Below are positions 18,517-28,935 of a stretch of DNA of 64,000 nucleotides, piece after piece. Location: contig RDOB01000002.1 in the NCBI GenBank assembly GCA_011364965.1, forward strand, positions 260,554-324,553, written 5' to 3'. Position 1 is the first letter of the stretch; the number at the start of each line of letters is the position of its first letter. The notes below the pieces were generated by a model, which ran no database searches, was not told where the DNA came from, and was given only the letters and a program-made list of their open reading frames with translations. The DNA comes from Candidatus Heimdallarchaeota archaeon (GTDB taxonomy: Archaea; Asgardarchaeota; Heimdallarchaeia; Hodarchaeales; Hodarchaeaceae). Both the position numbers and the translations under genes were made by a program.

Positions 18517-19044
18517 TCACTCTTCTAGCATCAAAAAAATTTTCTCATTCCCACCGATGATTTCCCCTTTTGATATATAGAATGTTACAATGGATTTTTC
18601 TTTATTTATTATATATTCCGTTCCTGAATAAACTGCTTTTATTGTACCTGCCAGAATCTGCCAAGAAGAGATCGCAGGGTATGTTATTTCTTCTGGTTGA
18701 GCATAAAGGTGGATAGTATTTACTTTTGTTCTCTTAAGTTGAAAAGGATCAGATTCGATGAGAAATTTGAGAACTGGCTTTTCCGGATTGTCCGCAAAGA
18801 AATGTAATTGAATATTTTGAATTGTCATTTGGATTTTCTTTTGATTGAGTAGCAGGTCATCAATGTTGATCCAATATTGTAAATTGTTTTTAATTAGTTC
18901 TAATTCCCCAGAAATAGCTCCCGTGGCTTTTAAGTTATAATAATTCTTATTTACATCTTCATAATAAAAATAGAGGGATTGTTTTATCATTGTTGAACTA
19001 ACTTTGAAAAATGACTCAACAAATATCGGGATTTCTTTTTCCAT
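18517..19044 (-). CDS. hypothetical protein (beta-rich, cytoplasmic)
   Basis: 175-aa ORF with no TM segment and no motif I recognise. Confidence 0.45.
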   Translation of the reverse strand: MEKEIPIFVESFFKVSSTMIKQSLYFYYEDVNKNYYNLKATGAISGELELIKNNLQYWINIDDLLLNQKKIQMTIQNIQLHFFADNPEKPVLKFLIESDPFQLKRTKVNTIHLYAQPEEITYPAISSWQILAGTIKAVYSGTEYIINKEKSIVTFYISKGEIIGGNEKIFLMLEE

Positions 19045-19128
19045 GATTGAATTAATCTCCGATTTCCAATGTATTATTTCCTCCTATACATATAAATATT
19101 GAGTGAATTGAAAGTTATTTGACGGATA

Positions 19129-20184
19129 ATGAATGTAATACCAGTAGGAAAAGCTCCTTGGAGTATTTTAATCGAGTTAATAAAAAAGCAAGGATATACA
19201 AAGAATCTTGGAATAATTCAAGCAGCAGAGCAGGGGATTGATGTTGCAGTTTTAGATATAGCTAGTATAACTAAAACTATAAACGCAACATATAAAACTA
19301 ATGAATTACCATACTTAATATACAAATCTGATCCAATTACGTTTCCTACTCCGAATCCAGCTGCGTATCTTATAATGGTTAATAAAAATGACCTAGCAAC
19401 TGCAGGTGCACTCCCTTTTGGTATTTTAGTGACCATTCTTTTACCCCCTAATTGTACTCCAAAGGATTTACTCATAATTCAGAAAAATCTTTCAAAAGAG
19501 TGTAATAAAAATAAAATTACTATCTTAGGGGGGCATACTGAGATCACAGAGAATGTTGTAAACCCGATTCTTTCAGCTAGCATGATAGGATTTGTTCCCC
19601 CAACATTCTATATCCCTAGAAATGTCTTTTCAGGCGACGCCATAATTTGTTCGGGATGGGTTGGAGCAGAAGGAACGGGTATATTGATTACAGAAGGATT
19701 AGAGGTATTCAAAAAGCATTTAACACCTGAAGAAATTCAAACAGGAATGAAAATAGGGAGAGAAATAGATATTTCTGATCGGATTATCAGTTGCAATAAA
19801 GAGTTCCACCATTCTATTCATTTGGTTCATGATGCGACCGAAGGAGGTATCTTGGGAGCTATCTATGAATGTATAGCGCCAAAGGGCTTTGGTTGTGAGA
19901 TTGATTCAGCTAAAATCCCTATTTCAAGTATAACCAAGAAAATAACAAGTATTTTGGATATAGATCCCAAAAAATTAATATCTTCCGGCGCTGTCCTAAT
20001 TCTCTGTCCTGAGATTGATTCAATTTCTATAATTAAATTCCTAAGACATTTCGATGTTCCAGCTGAAATTATTGGCAAAGTAACTGATTCTCAGAGCCCC
20101 CTCCTGATTGATGGGGAAGATTTGACTCCTCCAGAATCCGATCATCTAATTTCTGGTTTGTCTTATATTAGAAGGAGTAAATGA
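19129..20184 (+). CDS. AIR-synthase-related protein (PurM/ThiL/HypE/SelD superfamily)
   Basis: 351 aa. N-domain motifs GIDVAVLDI and LGGHTEIT, and C-domain VHDATEGGILGA, are typical of PurM-fold ATP-utilising enzymes. The specific function is not assignable. Confidence 0.6.
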   Translation: MNVIPVGKAPWSILIELIKKQGYTKNLGIIQAAEQGIDVAVLDIASITKTINATYKTNELPYLIYKSDPITFPTPNPAAYLIMVNKNDLATAGALPFGILVTILLPPNCTPKDLLIIQKNLSKECNKNKITILGGHTEITENVVNPILSASMIGFVPPTFYIPRNVFSGDAIICSGWVGAEGTGILITEGLEVFKKHLTPEEIQTGMKIGREIDISDRIISCNKEFHHSIHLVHDATEGGILGAIYECIAPKGFGCEIDSAKIPISSITKKITSILDIDPKKLISSGAVLILCPEIDSISIIKFLRHFDVPAEIIGKVTDSQSPLLIDGEDLTPPESDHLISGLSYIRRSK

Positions 20185-20218
20185 AAAAACTATAAGATTT
20201 TCTTTATTCCTCTTTTTG

Positions 20219-21286
20219 TCAATAAATACGCTTAGTCCCTTCAGAGACTTCCGTAATGAATGAGGGGCCAAATTCCTCTAATCTTCTCTTTATTATTAGT
20301 GCTGTTTCTCTCTCACCAGCAAGAGCAAACATTGAACCCCCAAAACCCGCTCCCGAAAGTTTACATCCTAAAGCTCCATATTTTAATGCAATATCACACA
20401 TTTTATCAAGTTTAGGATGGCTTACTTCATAATCTTCACGCAAAAAAGTTTGTTGTTCAGTTAGTAAATTTCCTAAATAACTAATACTGGGATCAGGTTT
20501 TTTGAGTTCTTCGAATGCCAAGCGTAAATTATCTCTTACCCCAAATACACCTTTTAATCGTTTCAATTGAATATTAGATAATTTTCTAATTTTTTCTCCA
20601 TTTAATTCAGCATCATTTAAATCAGGATTGCCTAAAATATTCAATCCTTCAAAAATATCTTTTTGAACTGTTTTTAATGGGATATCAGCCTTCCTTTCTA
20701 CCCCTGAATTTCCAATTATAAAATATGCTTGATTTATCTTCTCAAGAGTGGTTACAACTGGATTAGAATCAGCAGTCATATGAATAATCCCTCCGAAAGC
20801 CACTGAATACTGGTCCATTCTGCCACAAGATATTTTCATAAGATCATGTTCACATTCGTAAGCTATTTCAGCTACCTCTTTTGGGGATAATTGTTTCTTA
20901 AGGAGCTCATTTCCAACTAAATGAACCATAGCAGTTAGTATAGCAGCGGAGGAAGATAATCCTGACTTTATTGGAATATCACTAGAAATTTGAATTTTGC
21001 TAAGAGTTAAAAGGTCTGATGGTACCCCGAAAAATACCAATACTGATTTCAAATAGTCGAAAGGAGAATCATTCAAATAAATGCGATTTTTAAGGAAAAC
21101 TATCTCATCTTGATTAAATTGGTCGCTCGATAAATATATTTTCTCCCTGGTTTGCGCTTCAATTGTACATTTTAGATTTAAATACATATTGATCGCCATT
21201 GGAATAACAGGGAGATTTAAGTAATCTTGGTGTTCTCCGAATAAACAAATTCTTCCTGGTGATCTAATCAGTATTTGAGGCGCCAT
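20219..21286 (-). CDS. GHMP-family sugar kinase, galactokinase-like
   Basis: 355 aa. SPGRICLFGEHQDY is a GalK-type GEHxDY motif, not the MVK-type GEHAVV. Also the GHMP motif IKSGLSSSAA and the C-terminal SGAGFGGS. Confidence 0.7.
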   Translation of the reverse strand: MAPQILIRSPGRICLFGEHQDYLNLPVIPMAINMYLNLKCTIEAQTREKIYLSSDQFNQDEIVFLKNRIYLNDSPFDYLKSVLVFFGVPSDLLTLSKIQISSDIPIKSGLSSSAAILTAMVHLVGNELLKKQLSPKEVAEIAYECEHDLMKISCGRMDQYSVAFGGIIHMTADSNPVVTTLEKINQAYFIIGNSGVERKADIPLKTVQKDIFEGLNILGNPDLNDAELNGEKIRKLSNIQLKRLKGVFGVRDNLRLAFEELKKPDPSISYLGNLLTEQQTFLREDYEVSHPKLDKMCDIALKYGALGCKLSGAGFGGSMFALAGERETALIIKRRLEEFGPSFITEVSEGTKRIY

Positions 21287-21701
21287 AAAATTCAGTTGCG
21301 ATATTTTCTTTCATAATTCCCTCGATAAAATTTTAATCCCGCACTTTTAATATTTCATCTCCATTGGAAAAATAACTTAACAATCTCACCATATTTTATA
21401 AATCATAAATTCTATTCAAACATTTGCCAGAATAGAAAGATATTTTTTAAATAAGAAAGAAATCAATCTTCTTATGATTTGAAATTTGAGCTAAGTTTAC
21501 CTTTAAATAAAAAGCTCAGATTAAATCTCTAAAAGGAATTCTGGTGAGAGTTTCGATCCTCAATTAACAATAACTAAGCAAAAAAAAGATAGAAATAATT
21601 AAGTGAAATTATATTCAAGTGCGCATTACCTATAAATTGAAGGTTTTTAATGGAAGTTATAACATCTACTCAAAATTTAAATCATCTATAATACAGGAGT
21701 A

Positions 21702-22604
21702 ATGCATATGACCCTTAACATTAAATTAGAAGAAGATATAGATTTATTTACGAAAGTCCTGAATGCTGCAGCTGCAGTACTTGAAGATGAAGGAACTTTT
21801 CTTATCACCCCAAGTGATGGGGTTACTTTACGCAATATGGACAAGTCTCGTTTTGCTATGGTCGATTTAAAAATAAAGCCAAGTTTTTTTAAAGGCAGTT
21901 TCAATTGTGACAAGGATTACATTATTACTATTCAAATGCAGGATTTAAAGAAAATCCTTCAGCGTGCTAGAAAAGACGATACATTGACCCTAGAATTGAA
22001 TGAAAAGAACGATACACTTAATTTTCTCTTTGAAGGTCCAGTAAAGAAGAAATTTGTACTTCCTTTGCAAGCTGGGGAAGAAACATCGCTTCCAGATCTA
22101 AGTTCGCTTCAACATAGCGCTGAAGCAAAATTAAAAGGTGGAGCTTTAACAGAATTTATTAAAGATGCAGCAATCATTGGTGGGCATCATCCTGCCGTTA
22201 AAATCACAGCTGAAACTGGTAAATTAAAGTTTAGTAGTGCTCATGATAAAAAAGAGGTCAGTATTGAGATTACCACTAGTAAGGAAGGTGAATTGCAATC
22301 TGATGCCCTTGAGATAGAAGCAGACGGTATTTGTGAGTCACTATATTCAGTTGATACATTTAAGAATTTGATTCTCGTTGATCAAGCTTTTACCTCCGTT
22401 TCACTAGCTTTTAAATCTGATCACCCCTTAAAGTTAGTTTATAATCATAATGACGAGTTGATATTAGGCTATCTCCTCGCTCCAATGCAACCTGATGTAG
22501 GAACAGAAGAAGAAGAAGATGAATCTGATGAAGCATTATCTGATGAAGAAGATTGGGACGAAGAAGACGAGGAATTTGAAGATTGGGATGACGACGACGA
22601 GTAA
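21702..22604 (+). CDS. pcn: PCNA sliding clamp with a 35-residue poly-acidic C-terminal tail
   Basis: 300 aa. A roughly 265-aa two-domain PCNA body ends with the usual ...YLLAPMQPD. It is followed by VGTEEEEDESDEALSDEEDWDEEDEEFEDWDDDDE. The rfcS and rfcL genes lie immediately downstream. Confidence 0.85.
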   Translation: MHMTLNIKLEEDIDLFTKVLNAAAAVLEDEGTFLITPSDGVTLRNMDKSRFAMVDLKIKPSFFKGSFNCDKDYIITIQMQDLKKILQRARKDDTLTLELNEKNDTLNFLFEGPVKKKFVLPLQAGEETSLPDLSSLQHSAEAKLKGGALTEFIKDAAIIGGHHPAVKITAETGKLKFSSAHDKKEVSIEITTSKEGELQSDALEIEADGICESLYSVDTFKNLILVDQAFTSVSLAFKSDHPLKLVYNHNDELILGYLLAPMQPDVGTEEEEDESDEALSDEEDWDEEDEEFEDWDDDDE

Positions 22605-22643
22605 AATTTCTAGGGATATCAATCGAATTTCATAGGGGTAAAA

Positions 22644-23630
22644 ATGGTAACGATAGAGCGAATGTGGACCGAATCATTCCGACCCAAGACACTTAACGAA
22701 GTAGTCGGTCAAATTCAAATAATCGAGAGATTAAAACAGTTTGTAAGAAGGGTAGATTTTCCTCATATGCTTTTCTCTGGCCCTCCAGGAGTTGGTAAAA
22801 CCACCTGTGCTGAAGCAATCGTAAACGAGATTTATTCAGCCCCTGATAGAAGTCGGAACGTGAAAAGACTAAACGCATCTGATGATCGTGGGATTAATGT
22901 TGTGAGGGAGGATATAAAGAATTTTGCACGCCTTCTTCCTTCAGGAACAGCGAGTTTCAAGTTGATAATCTTAGATGAAGCGGATCAGATGACGAGTGAA
23001 GCTCAACATGCTTTAAGACGAACAATGGAAAATTACAACGAAATTGCTAGATTCATTTTGATCTGTAATTATAGTTCTAAAATTATTAGTCCTATTCAAT
23101 CTAGATGTGCCATTTTTAGATTCACTAGTCTCGAGAAAGAGGAAATAAAGCACCGTCTGAAATTTATTGCTACCGAAAAAGGCCTAAAAATTGATAATAA
23201 TGCATTAGAAGCTTTATTTGAAAGCGGAGAAGGAGATTTGCGTCAAGCAATTAATGCTCTACAAGCTTCCGCCACTATCAGTACAGATATAACATCAGAT
23301 ATAGTATATCAAGTTCAAGGTTATGTTAAGCCTATAGAAGTGAGAAAAGCGATAAAAGAATGTTTAAAAGACCCACCCAGTTTTATAAATGCACGAAATC
23401 AAATTCAAGCATTAATGGATACATATGGATTATCTGGTCAAGATCTTGTTAAGCATTTTAATCGAGAATTAACGAGTATGAAAAATGATGAGATCGATCC
23501 CCAGATTAGATATTCAGCTCTTTCAATTCTTTCTGAAATCGATTATCGGCTAGCAATTGGGTGCAATCCTCAAGTTCAATTTGATGCTTTTATAGCAAAA
23601 TTTATAGCTGAAGCTATCAGAATGGGGTAA
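22644..23630 (+). CDS. rfcS: replication factor C small subunit
   Basis: 328 aa. Walker A GPPGVGKTT, Walker B LDEADQMT, and the SRC motif (QSRCAIFRF). Confidence 0.9.
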   Translation: MVTIERMWTESFRPKTLNEVVGQIQIIERLKQFVRRVDFPHMLFSGPPGVGKTTCAEAIVNEIYSAPDRSRNVKRLNASDDRGINVVREDIKNFARLLPSGTASFKLIILDEADQMTSEAQHALRRTMENYNEIARFILICNYSSKIISPIQSRCAIFRFTSLEKEEIKHRLKFIATEKGLKIDNNALEALFESGEGDLRQAINALQASATISTDITSDIVYQVQGYVKPIEVRKAIKECLKDPPSFINARNQIQALMDTYGLSGQDLVKHFNRELTSMKNDEIDPQIRYSALSILSEIDYRLAIGCNPQVQFDAFIAKFIAEAIRMG

Positions 23631-23635
23631 TCTTT

Positions 23636-25231
23636 GTGGGTTCTTGGACCACCAAGCATGCTCCTAAACGGAGATCTGATATTGTTGGTAATGAAGACTC
23701 AGTAAATGAGATAATTGCTTATTTAAACAAATTCAGAAATCCTCGCTTACGAAGTAAACTTACAAAGAAAGCTTTACTCCTGGTTGGTCCTCCAGGCATT
23801 GGCAAAACCAGCTCAGTTTTAGCCATAGCTAATGGATTAAATTTTGATGTTGTTGCTGTTAATGCAAGTGATAAGAGAAATAAACTTTCTCTGCAAGGAT
23901 TAAGACACGCATCTCTCTTTGGATCGTTAAAGGAGGAATTGAATGATCGAATTATTGGCCAAATTCTCTTAGTAGATGAAATCGATGGATTGAGTGGAAC
24001 TGCAGATCGCGGGGGTATTCGGGAAATTATTGATATTATTGAAAAAACGCGAGTTCCCATGATACTGACTGCTAATGACGTAAGCTCTCAAAAATTCAAA
24101 TCTTTAATAGATCATTGTACAGTTTGCGAGTTTTATCCTCCTAAAGCTTCAGATATAGTTGGAATTCTCAGTAGAATTTGTAAAAATGAAAATTTAGACG
24201 TATCAAAAGAGGTTCTTATCAAACTTAGCGAGTTAAGCTTATTCGATATTCGAGGTTCGATAAATTCCTTACAATCTTTAGCCAGTGGAAGAAAGAAAGT
24301 TAATTTAGAGGATCTTTCTTTAATAGTGACGCGTGACACTTCGATAAATATTCGTGAGTTTCTCCACACTTTGTTTGTAGAAGCAAATGGAGATAAGGCT
24401 TATCAACAAACAAGAGTCTTAAAAGATGTTGATTACGGAAAATTGCTACTAATTTTAAGAGATGTTTCATATCGATTCACTGAACTGGGAAATTATGACC
24501 AACTGGCGAATATATATGACTTACTCGCTCGAGCTGACGTTGCTCTTGCCAGAGCCCAAAGAGAACGTGTTTGGTCTCAACTCGTATATTTTTATGGGAT
24601 GCTCACAAAAGAATTAGCTGATAGCATCACACCTGCTCCCGAATTTCCTGCAATTCCTGACTGGAAACTTCAAGTTCCATCATATTGGATTACTCTATCT
24701 CGTCAACGGAAAGGATTGGCTATCGCGGCAAAAGTTGGACAGTCATGCTTAGTTTCAAGAAATGACGCAATAAATTATTATTTTCCCTATTTACGCTATA
24801 TTTTTAGTTACGGTATTGAGCTTGCTGCGAATTTAGCAATTGAATTTCAATTATTTGATGTTGAACCCGGCGTTAGGAAAACAAAAATTGTCTGGAATGG
24901 AGAGATTGACTATTTTTGTAAAGAAAAAGAGATTAATCGTTTAATAAAGAATCGAATTAAAGAGTTATATCCACAAGTTCCACGAATTGTTGAAAAGGAA
25001 GTAGATTCAGCTATACTAGAAAAAATAAAATCTGAACAAAATCTAATCAAGACAGAAAGGCAGAAAATTAAAACCAAAGCCAGAACTAAGAAATCTCGTG
25101 AATCTAAACCTATAAAAAACAGACCAGAGAGTGTTTCAAAGCCAAATAAGAAAAATTCTTCTAATCAAATAGAAGATTCTCAAAAAAGCACTAAAGAAAG
25201 CTCAAAAAAGAGCTTGACAGACTTTTTCTAA
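23636..25231 (+). CDS. rfcL: replication factor C large subunit with a Lys-rich tail and terminal PIP-like box
   Basis: 531 aa with a GTG start 5 nt after the rfcS stop. Motifs GPPGIGKTS and VDEIDGL. The C-terminus ...KKSRESKPIKNRPESVSKPNKKN...SSKKSLTDFF ends in an x-x-x-L-x-x-F-F PIP-like motif. Confidence 0.85.
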   Translation: MGSWTTKHAPKRRSDIVGNEDSVNEIIAYLNKFRNPRLRSKLTKKALLLVGPPGIGKTSSVLAIANGLNFDVVAVNASDKRNKLSLQGLRHASLFGSLKEELNDRIIGQILLVDEIDGLSGTADRGGIREIIDIIEKTRVPMILTANDVSSQKFKSLIDHCTVCEFYPPKASDIVGILSRICKNENLDVSKEVLIKLSELSLFDIRGSINSLQSLASGRKKVNLEDLSLIVTRDTSINIREFLHTLFVEANGDKAYQQTRVLKDVDYGKLLLILRDVSYRFTELGNYDQLANIYDLLARADVALARAQRERVWSQLVYFYGMLTKELADSITPAPEFPAIPDWKLQVPSYWITLSRQRKGLAIAAKVGQSCLVSRNDAINYYFPYLRYIFSYGIELAANLAIEFQLFDVEPGVRKTKIVWNGEIDYFCKEKEINRLIKNRIKELYPQVPRIVEKEVDSAILEKIKSEQNLIKTERQKIKTKARTKKSRESKPIKNRPESVSKPNKKNSSNQIEDSQKSTKESSKKSLTDFF

Positions 25232-27144
25232 AATTGATCCAATCGGAATTTTGTTTTTCGATAAATATATCCTATCTCTGAATCCTGTGCTTCAGTGGCA
25301 ATGCGTCTGAGCGCATTAATACCAGCAATATCCTCCCCTGTTTCTATCATATAGGCAGCTTTTATTAAATAAGTGTCCAAAATTGAAGCTTTTGATCCTG
25401 ACATCATTGCATATTGCTCTGCAGCTTGTATATATCTTTCTGCATGTTTAAAATTATCTTTTTCAATAGACATGTATCCCAACTGTAAATTGGCATCGAT
25501 AGCTATTCTTAGATCCATCAACTCATTTTTACCAAGTTCTAATGATTTGTGATACCACTTTGCTGACTCATCAAATTCCTCTAGTAACAAATATGTATAT
25601 CCCAAAGCGAGATAAGTTCGTGCAAGACCGTGAACAGAATTCCATTTTGTAAGAACCTCTAGAGATCTTTTGAGTATCTTGAGTGCTTCTGTTTCATGAT
25701 TGTGTAAAGCTAATAATTCTGCTAGATATGCTACATTTAAAGGATTTATTTGATCTTTTTGTTGAAATAAAGGTTGAAGAGTAGCAATAGCTTTTGAAAA
25801 TTCTCCTTGATTTCTATAAAACGTCGCTTCAGTCCGTAAAAATTCATTATAAGCTGGAGATCTAAAGAGAACTTCAGGATTAATATCATTTCTTATTAAA
25901 AAGAGCTGCTTCGCATTCCCGAAATTTCCTCTAGAAATTTCTATATGTCCACGCATCCGATGGATGTCTAATAATATCTGACAAAAATAATCTTCAGAAA
26001 ATTTTACATTTTCTATTGTCTTCTCTGAAATTTGAAGATATTTTTCTGCCTTTTCCCAAGAATTTAGTCCAATTAATATTTCAGCAAAATTCTTATTCGA
26101 TTCCAAGAAGAATATAGCTTTCATTTTATGATCAGATGTTCTAATTGAGGAGTTTAAAAATCTTAAACCCCACTCTTGAGCTTCTTGGTATCTACTTAAA
26201 TTCTGAAAGAAATGACTTAATTTTTCTTCGGAAAGCATGACAGCCAAATTGTTTTTTTGTTTGGCATGAATGTCAATCATAATTGAGAGGTAATCCAGAG
26301 TTTCTCGAAATAATCCCTGTGTCCAACTGGCGTGAGATAATTCTGACATGCACTCTGCCATTAAAACTTTATCATCAATTGATCTAGCTGTTTTTTCAGC
26401 TCTTTTTAGAAAATAAATCCCCTTAGAAATGGTCTCTGAGTAAAGGCTTAGTACGGTTCCAACTAGCAAAGCGAATTTTAGAGAAATAGTCTCCTTCTCA
26501 ACCTCTTGAAGTTTGTGCAAAGCAGTTTCAAAATGAAAGATTGCTTCTTTAAATTCAGAATTTCGGAATAATGAAATAGCCTGAGAAACAATTTTATTAA
26601 TAGTTTGATATGCAGATGAAGATGGTTCTGATATCCTATAATTGCCTTCAACTATTTTAACTAAATTACTAGAAATTTTAAGATATGTTAATAATTGATT
26701 ATCTCTTTCGGGGGTTAGTCGAGGGTCACGATCTTTCAGTAAAACACGAGTTGTTTGTTCAAATCTGCCTGTTTCAATAAAATTCCAAATAATTTTCGCA
26801 GAACGAACTTCTGCTTCGTGAGGGTCAATTCCTTTTTCCCGTGCCTTCATATAAAATTTTTTAAAGATATTAAGGAAATCTTGTTGGAAATTATAACATT
26901 CCTCTAAATCTTTCGAATATTGAGCCATGTCTTTTGTAATTACTTTTGAAAATAATTTACTTTCGAGAAGATAGTAAGTATCTTTATCTAATATACTTCT
27001 TAATCTAAAAAATATTTCCTCCTCTCGGTTTTTACTAAAAAAAAGCCTATCTAGATTACCGAAATAACGGGTTGGTTCACTCTTATAGAAATTAGAGATG
27101 AAATCCTCCCAATCATCATTCTGAATCGGATATTCTAAAGACAA
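25228..27144 (-). CDS. TPR-repeat protein
   Basis: 638 aa. After a roughly 170-aa N-domain there are many 34-residue-like helical repeats with the W/Y/A-x-A...G...A pattern (for example AKWYHKSLELGK, AERYIQAAEQYA, ALGYTYLLLEEFDES). Confidence 0.6.
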   Translation of the reverse strand: MSLEYPIQNDDWEDFISNFYKSEPTRYFGNLDRLFFSKNREEEIFFRLRSILDKDTYYLLESKLFSKVITKDMAQYSKDLEECYNFQQDFLNIFKKFYMKAREKGIDPHEAEVRSAKIIWNFIETGRFEQTTRVLLKDRDPRLTPERDNQLLTYLKISSNLVKIVEGNYRISEPSSSAYQTINKIVSQAISLFRNSEFKEAIFHFETALHKLQEVEKETISLKFALLVGTVLSLYSETISKGIYFLKRAEKTARSIDDKVLMAECMSELSHASWTQGLFRETLDYLSIMIDIHAKQKNNLAVMLSEEKLSHFFQNLSRYQEAQEWGLRFLNSSIRTSDHKMKAIFFLESNKNFAEILIGLNSWEKAEKYLQISEKTIENVKFSEDYFCQILLDIHRMRGHIEISRGNFGNAKQLFLIRNDINPEVLFRSPAYNEFLRTEATFYRNQGEFSKAIATLQPLFQQKDQINPLNVAYLAELLALHNHETEALKILKRSLEVLTKWNSVHGLARTYLALGYTYLLLEEFDESAKWYHKSLELGKNELMDLRIAIDANLQLGYMSIEKDNFKHAERYIQAAEQYAMMSGSKASILDTYLIKAAYMIETGEDIAGINALRRIATEAQDSEIGYIYRKTKFRLDQF

Positions 27145-27538
27145 TTCGATTATCTCTTCAAAGTTTTTTTTTGTTCAAAAAACGAATGTATAAACAATTT
27201 GAGAGAAAGGATCATATTCTCTGCTTCTAGCCCTAGATAAATATTCCATATATTTAATGATTACGAAATTAATTCCTTTCTTCTGTGTCCATCAATTCAT
27301 CTATTATTAAGATTCCGTGAAAAACTTAAAGATCCCTATTCCCTCCAATATCACTAGATTCAATTGATAAGCGCAAAATTTCAATTCTCATTGTTGAATT
27401 ATATTAACTAAGAAATCTCCTAAACTTAAGTTATGAATCCAACAAGAGATTTCATCAAGGAAATAGAATGAAATTAAAGGAGCAATTATACGAAAATTAT
27501 TTGATGAAATGATGAAGGTATAACTTGAGGAAAAGCAA

Positions 27539-28630
27539 ATGACTTTGTCAAATCAACGTCTTCAGCGTATACAGAACCTGATGAGTAATTCAAATATTGG
27601 TACAATAATAATTCCCCTAGGTATCAATTTCCACTATATATTTAGCTCCCAATTAGAGGAGCCAAGTGAAAGACTTCTTTTAGGAATTATAAATGACAAT
27701 AATTCTCCTAAATTATTAGTTCCGAATTTTGAAATTGCTAGAATGAAGCAAATGACTGGGATTTCAGATGTAATTGGCTGGGAGGAAACTCATGATCCAT
27801 ATAAACAGATTGCTGATTTGGTACCACATGATAGACAGAAATCCATTGCTATTGAACCAAAAATGTGGTTTTCGGTTTACAATCAACTTTCACAGTCCTT
27901 GAACGAGTATACTATCGTCTCAGCTGAAAACATATTTAACATAGTTAGAGCAGAAAAAGACGAAACTGAACGGAAATTGATACTTGAAGCTTCACAGAAA
28001 TCTGGTAATGCAATTATAGAAGTATTATATGAACTAGAAACTGGAATGACTGAAATTGATGCTTCAAAAATACTAAAAGAGAAGTTGAATTGGGGAATAG
28101 ACCAGAAAACATTCGCTTTGGTGCAATTTGGAGAAAATAGTGCACTACCTCATTATCATGGAGGAGAGAAAAAACTTGAAAAAAACAATGTTGTTCTAAT
28201 TGATGCTGGAGGCTCATTAGAAAATTACTGGGGAGATATTACAATAACTGCGGTATGGGGTGAAGCACCAAGAGACTTTAAAGAAATTTTTGACATTGTA
28301 TATACAGCCAATGAAAATGCTAAAGCAGCTACGAACGATAATAAACTCCCCGGTGACATTGATGCTGCAGCTCGTGATTATATCAGAAGTTTTGGTTATG
28401 GAGAATATTTTACTCATCGAACTGGACATGGAATTGGCTTAGAAGTTCATGAACATCCTTATATTGTGGGAAAGAACCATAATCCCCTGAAAACTGGAAA
28501 CGCTTTCACTATTGAACCTGGAATATACTTACCCGAAAAATTTGGTGTACGTATCGAAGATAATGTAATTAAAACAGAAGAAGGTATAAGAACAAGCGAA
28601 ATTCCGAGATATGAGATCATGGAAATTTAA
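27539..28630 (+). CDS. Xaa-Pro aminopeptidase/dipeptidase (M24B)
   Basis: 363 aa. Metal-ligand motifs VLIDAGG, HRTGHGIGLEVHE and IEPGIY...VRIED. Confidence 0.85.
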   Translation: MTLSNQRLQRIQNLMSNSNIGTIIIPLGINFHYIFSSQLEEPSERLLLGIINDNNSPKLLVPNFEIARMKQMTGISDVIGWEETHDPYKQIADLVPHDRQKSIAIEPKMWFSVYNQLSQSLNEYTIVSAENIFNIVRAEKDETERKLILEASQKSGNAIIEVLYELETGMTEIDASKILKEKLNWGIDQKTFALVQFGENSALPHYHGGEKKLEKNNVVLIDAGGSLENYWGDITITAVWGEAPRDFKEIFDIVYTANENAKAATNDNKLPGDIDAAARDYIRSFGYGEYFTHRTGHGIGLEVHEHPYIVGKNHNPLKTGNAFTIEPGIYLPEKFGVRIEDNVIKTEEGIRTSEIPRYEIMEI

Positions 28631-28935
28631 AAAAAAATTCGTAGCAATTATGTTATTTAAGAAACAAGGGAATATTATTTCAGTAATCGTCTCTTGATTT
28701 TATAGAAAATTTGAAAAAAAAGATAAATTCATATTCTTTTACTTGATTCAGGTTGTTGAAAATGCAAATGTGGAAAGTTCAAATAGCTTATACTTATCTT
28801 AATTGGACTTTATCCCATGAAGCACAATATCTTAACGATCCTGACAAGCTGGCTTTAATGATCAATTTTTACCCGATTAAATATTTAATTCCCTTAGAGA
28901 AAGCATAATATCTGTGTAACAAGTTTGGAGTCTAG

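Noticed and set aside
21287-21701. 415-bp AT-rich spacer upstream of the PCNA/RFC operon, considered as a replication origin
   Set aside because: I could find no repeated ORB-like elements or long inverted repeats, and there is no orc1/cdc6 gene nearby. It is probably just the promoter region.
27495-27590. Possible C/D-box sRNA (two TGATGA motifs at about 27500-27515 and CTGA at about 27583)
   Set aside because: The spacing is too long and the candidate D box lies inside the M24 peptidase coding sequence. No terminal stem or C'/D' pair is evident. TGATGA is expected by chance in AT-rich DNA.
28762-28908. 49-codon plus-strand ORF (MQMWKVQIAYTYLNWTLSHEAQYLNDPDKLALMINFYPIKYLIPLEKA) in the spacer before the AbrB-PhoU gene
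   Set aside because: It has no RBS and no recognisable motif, and it is too short to support without conservation or expression data. It may still be a real small protein.
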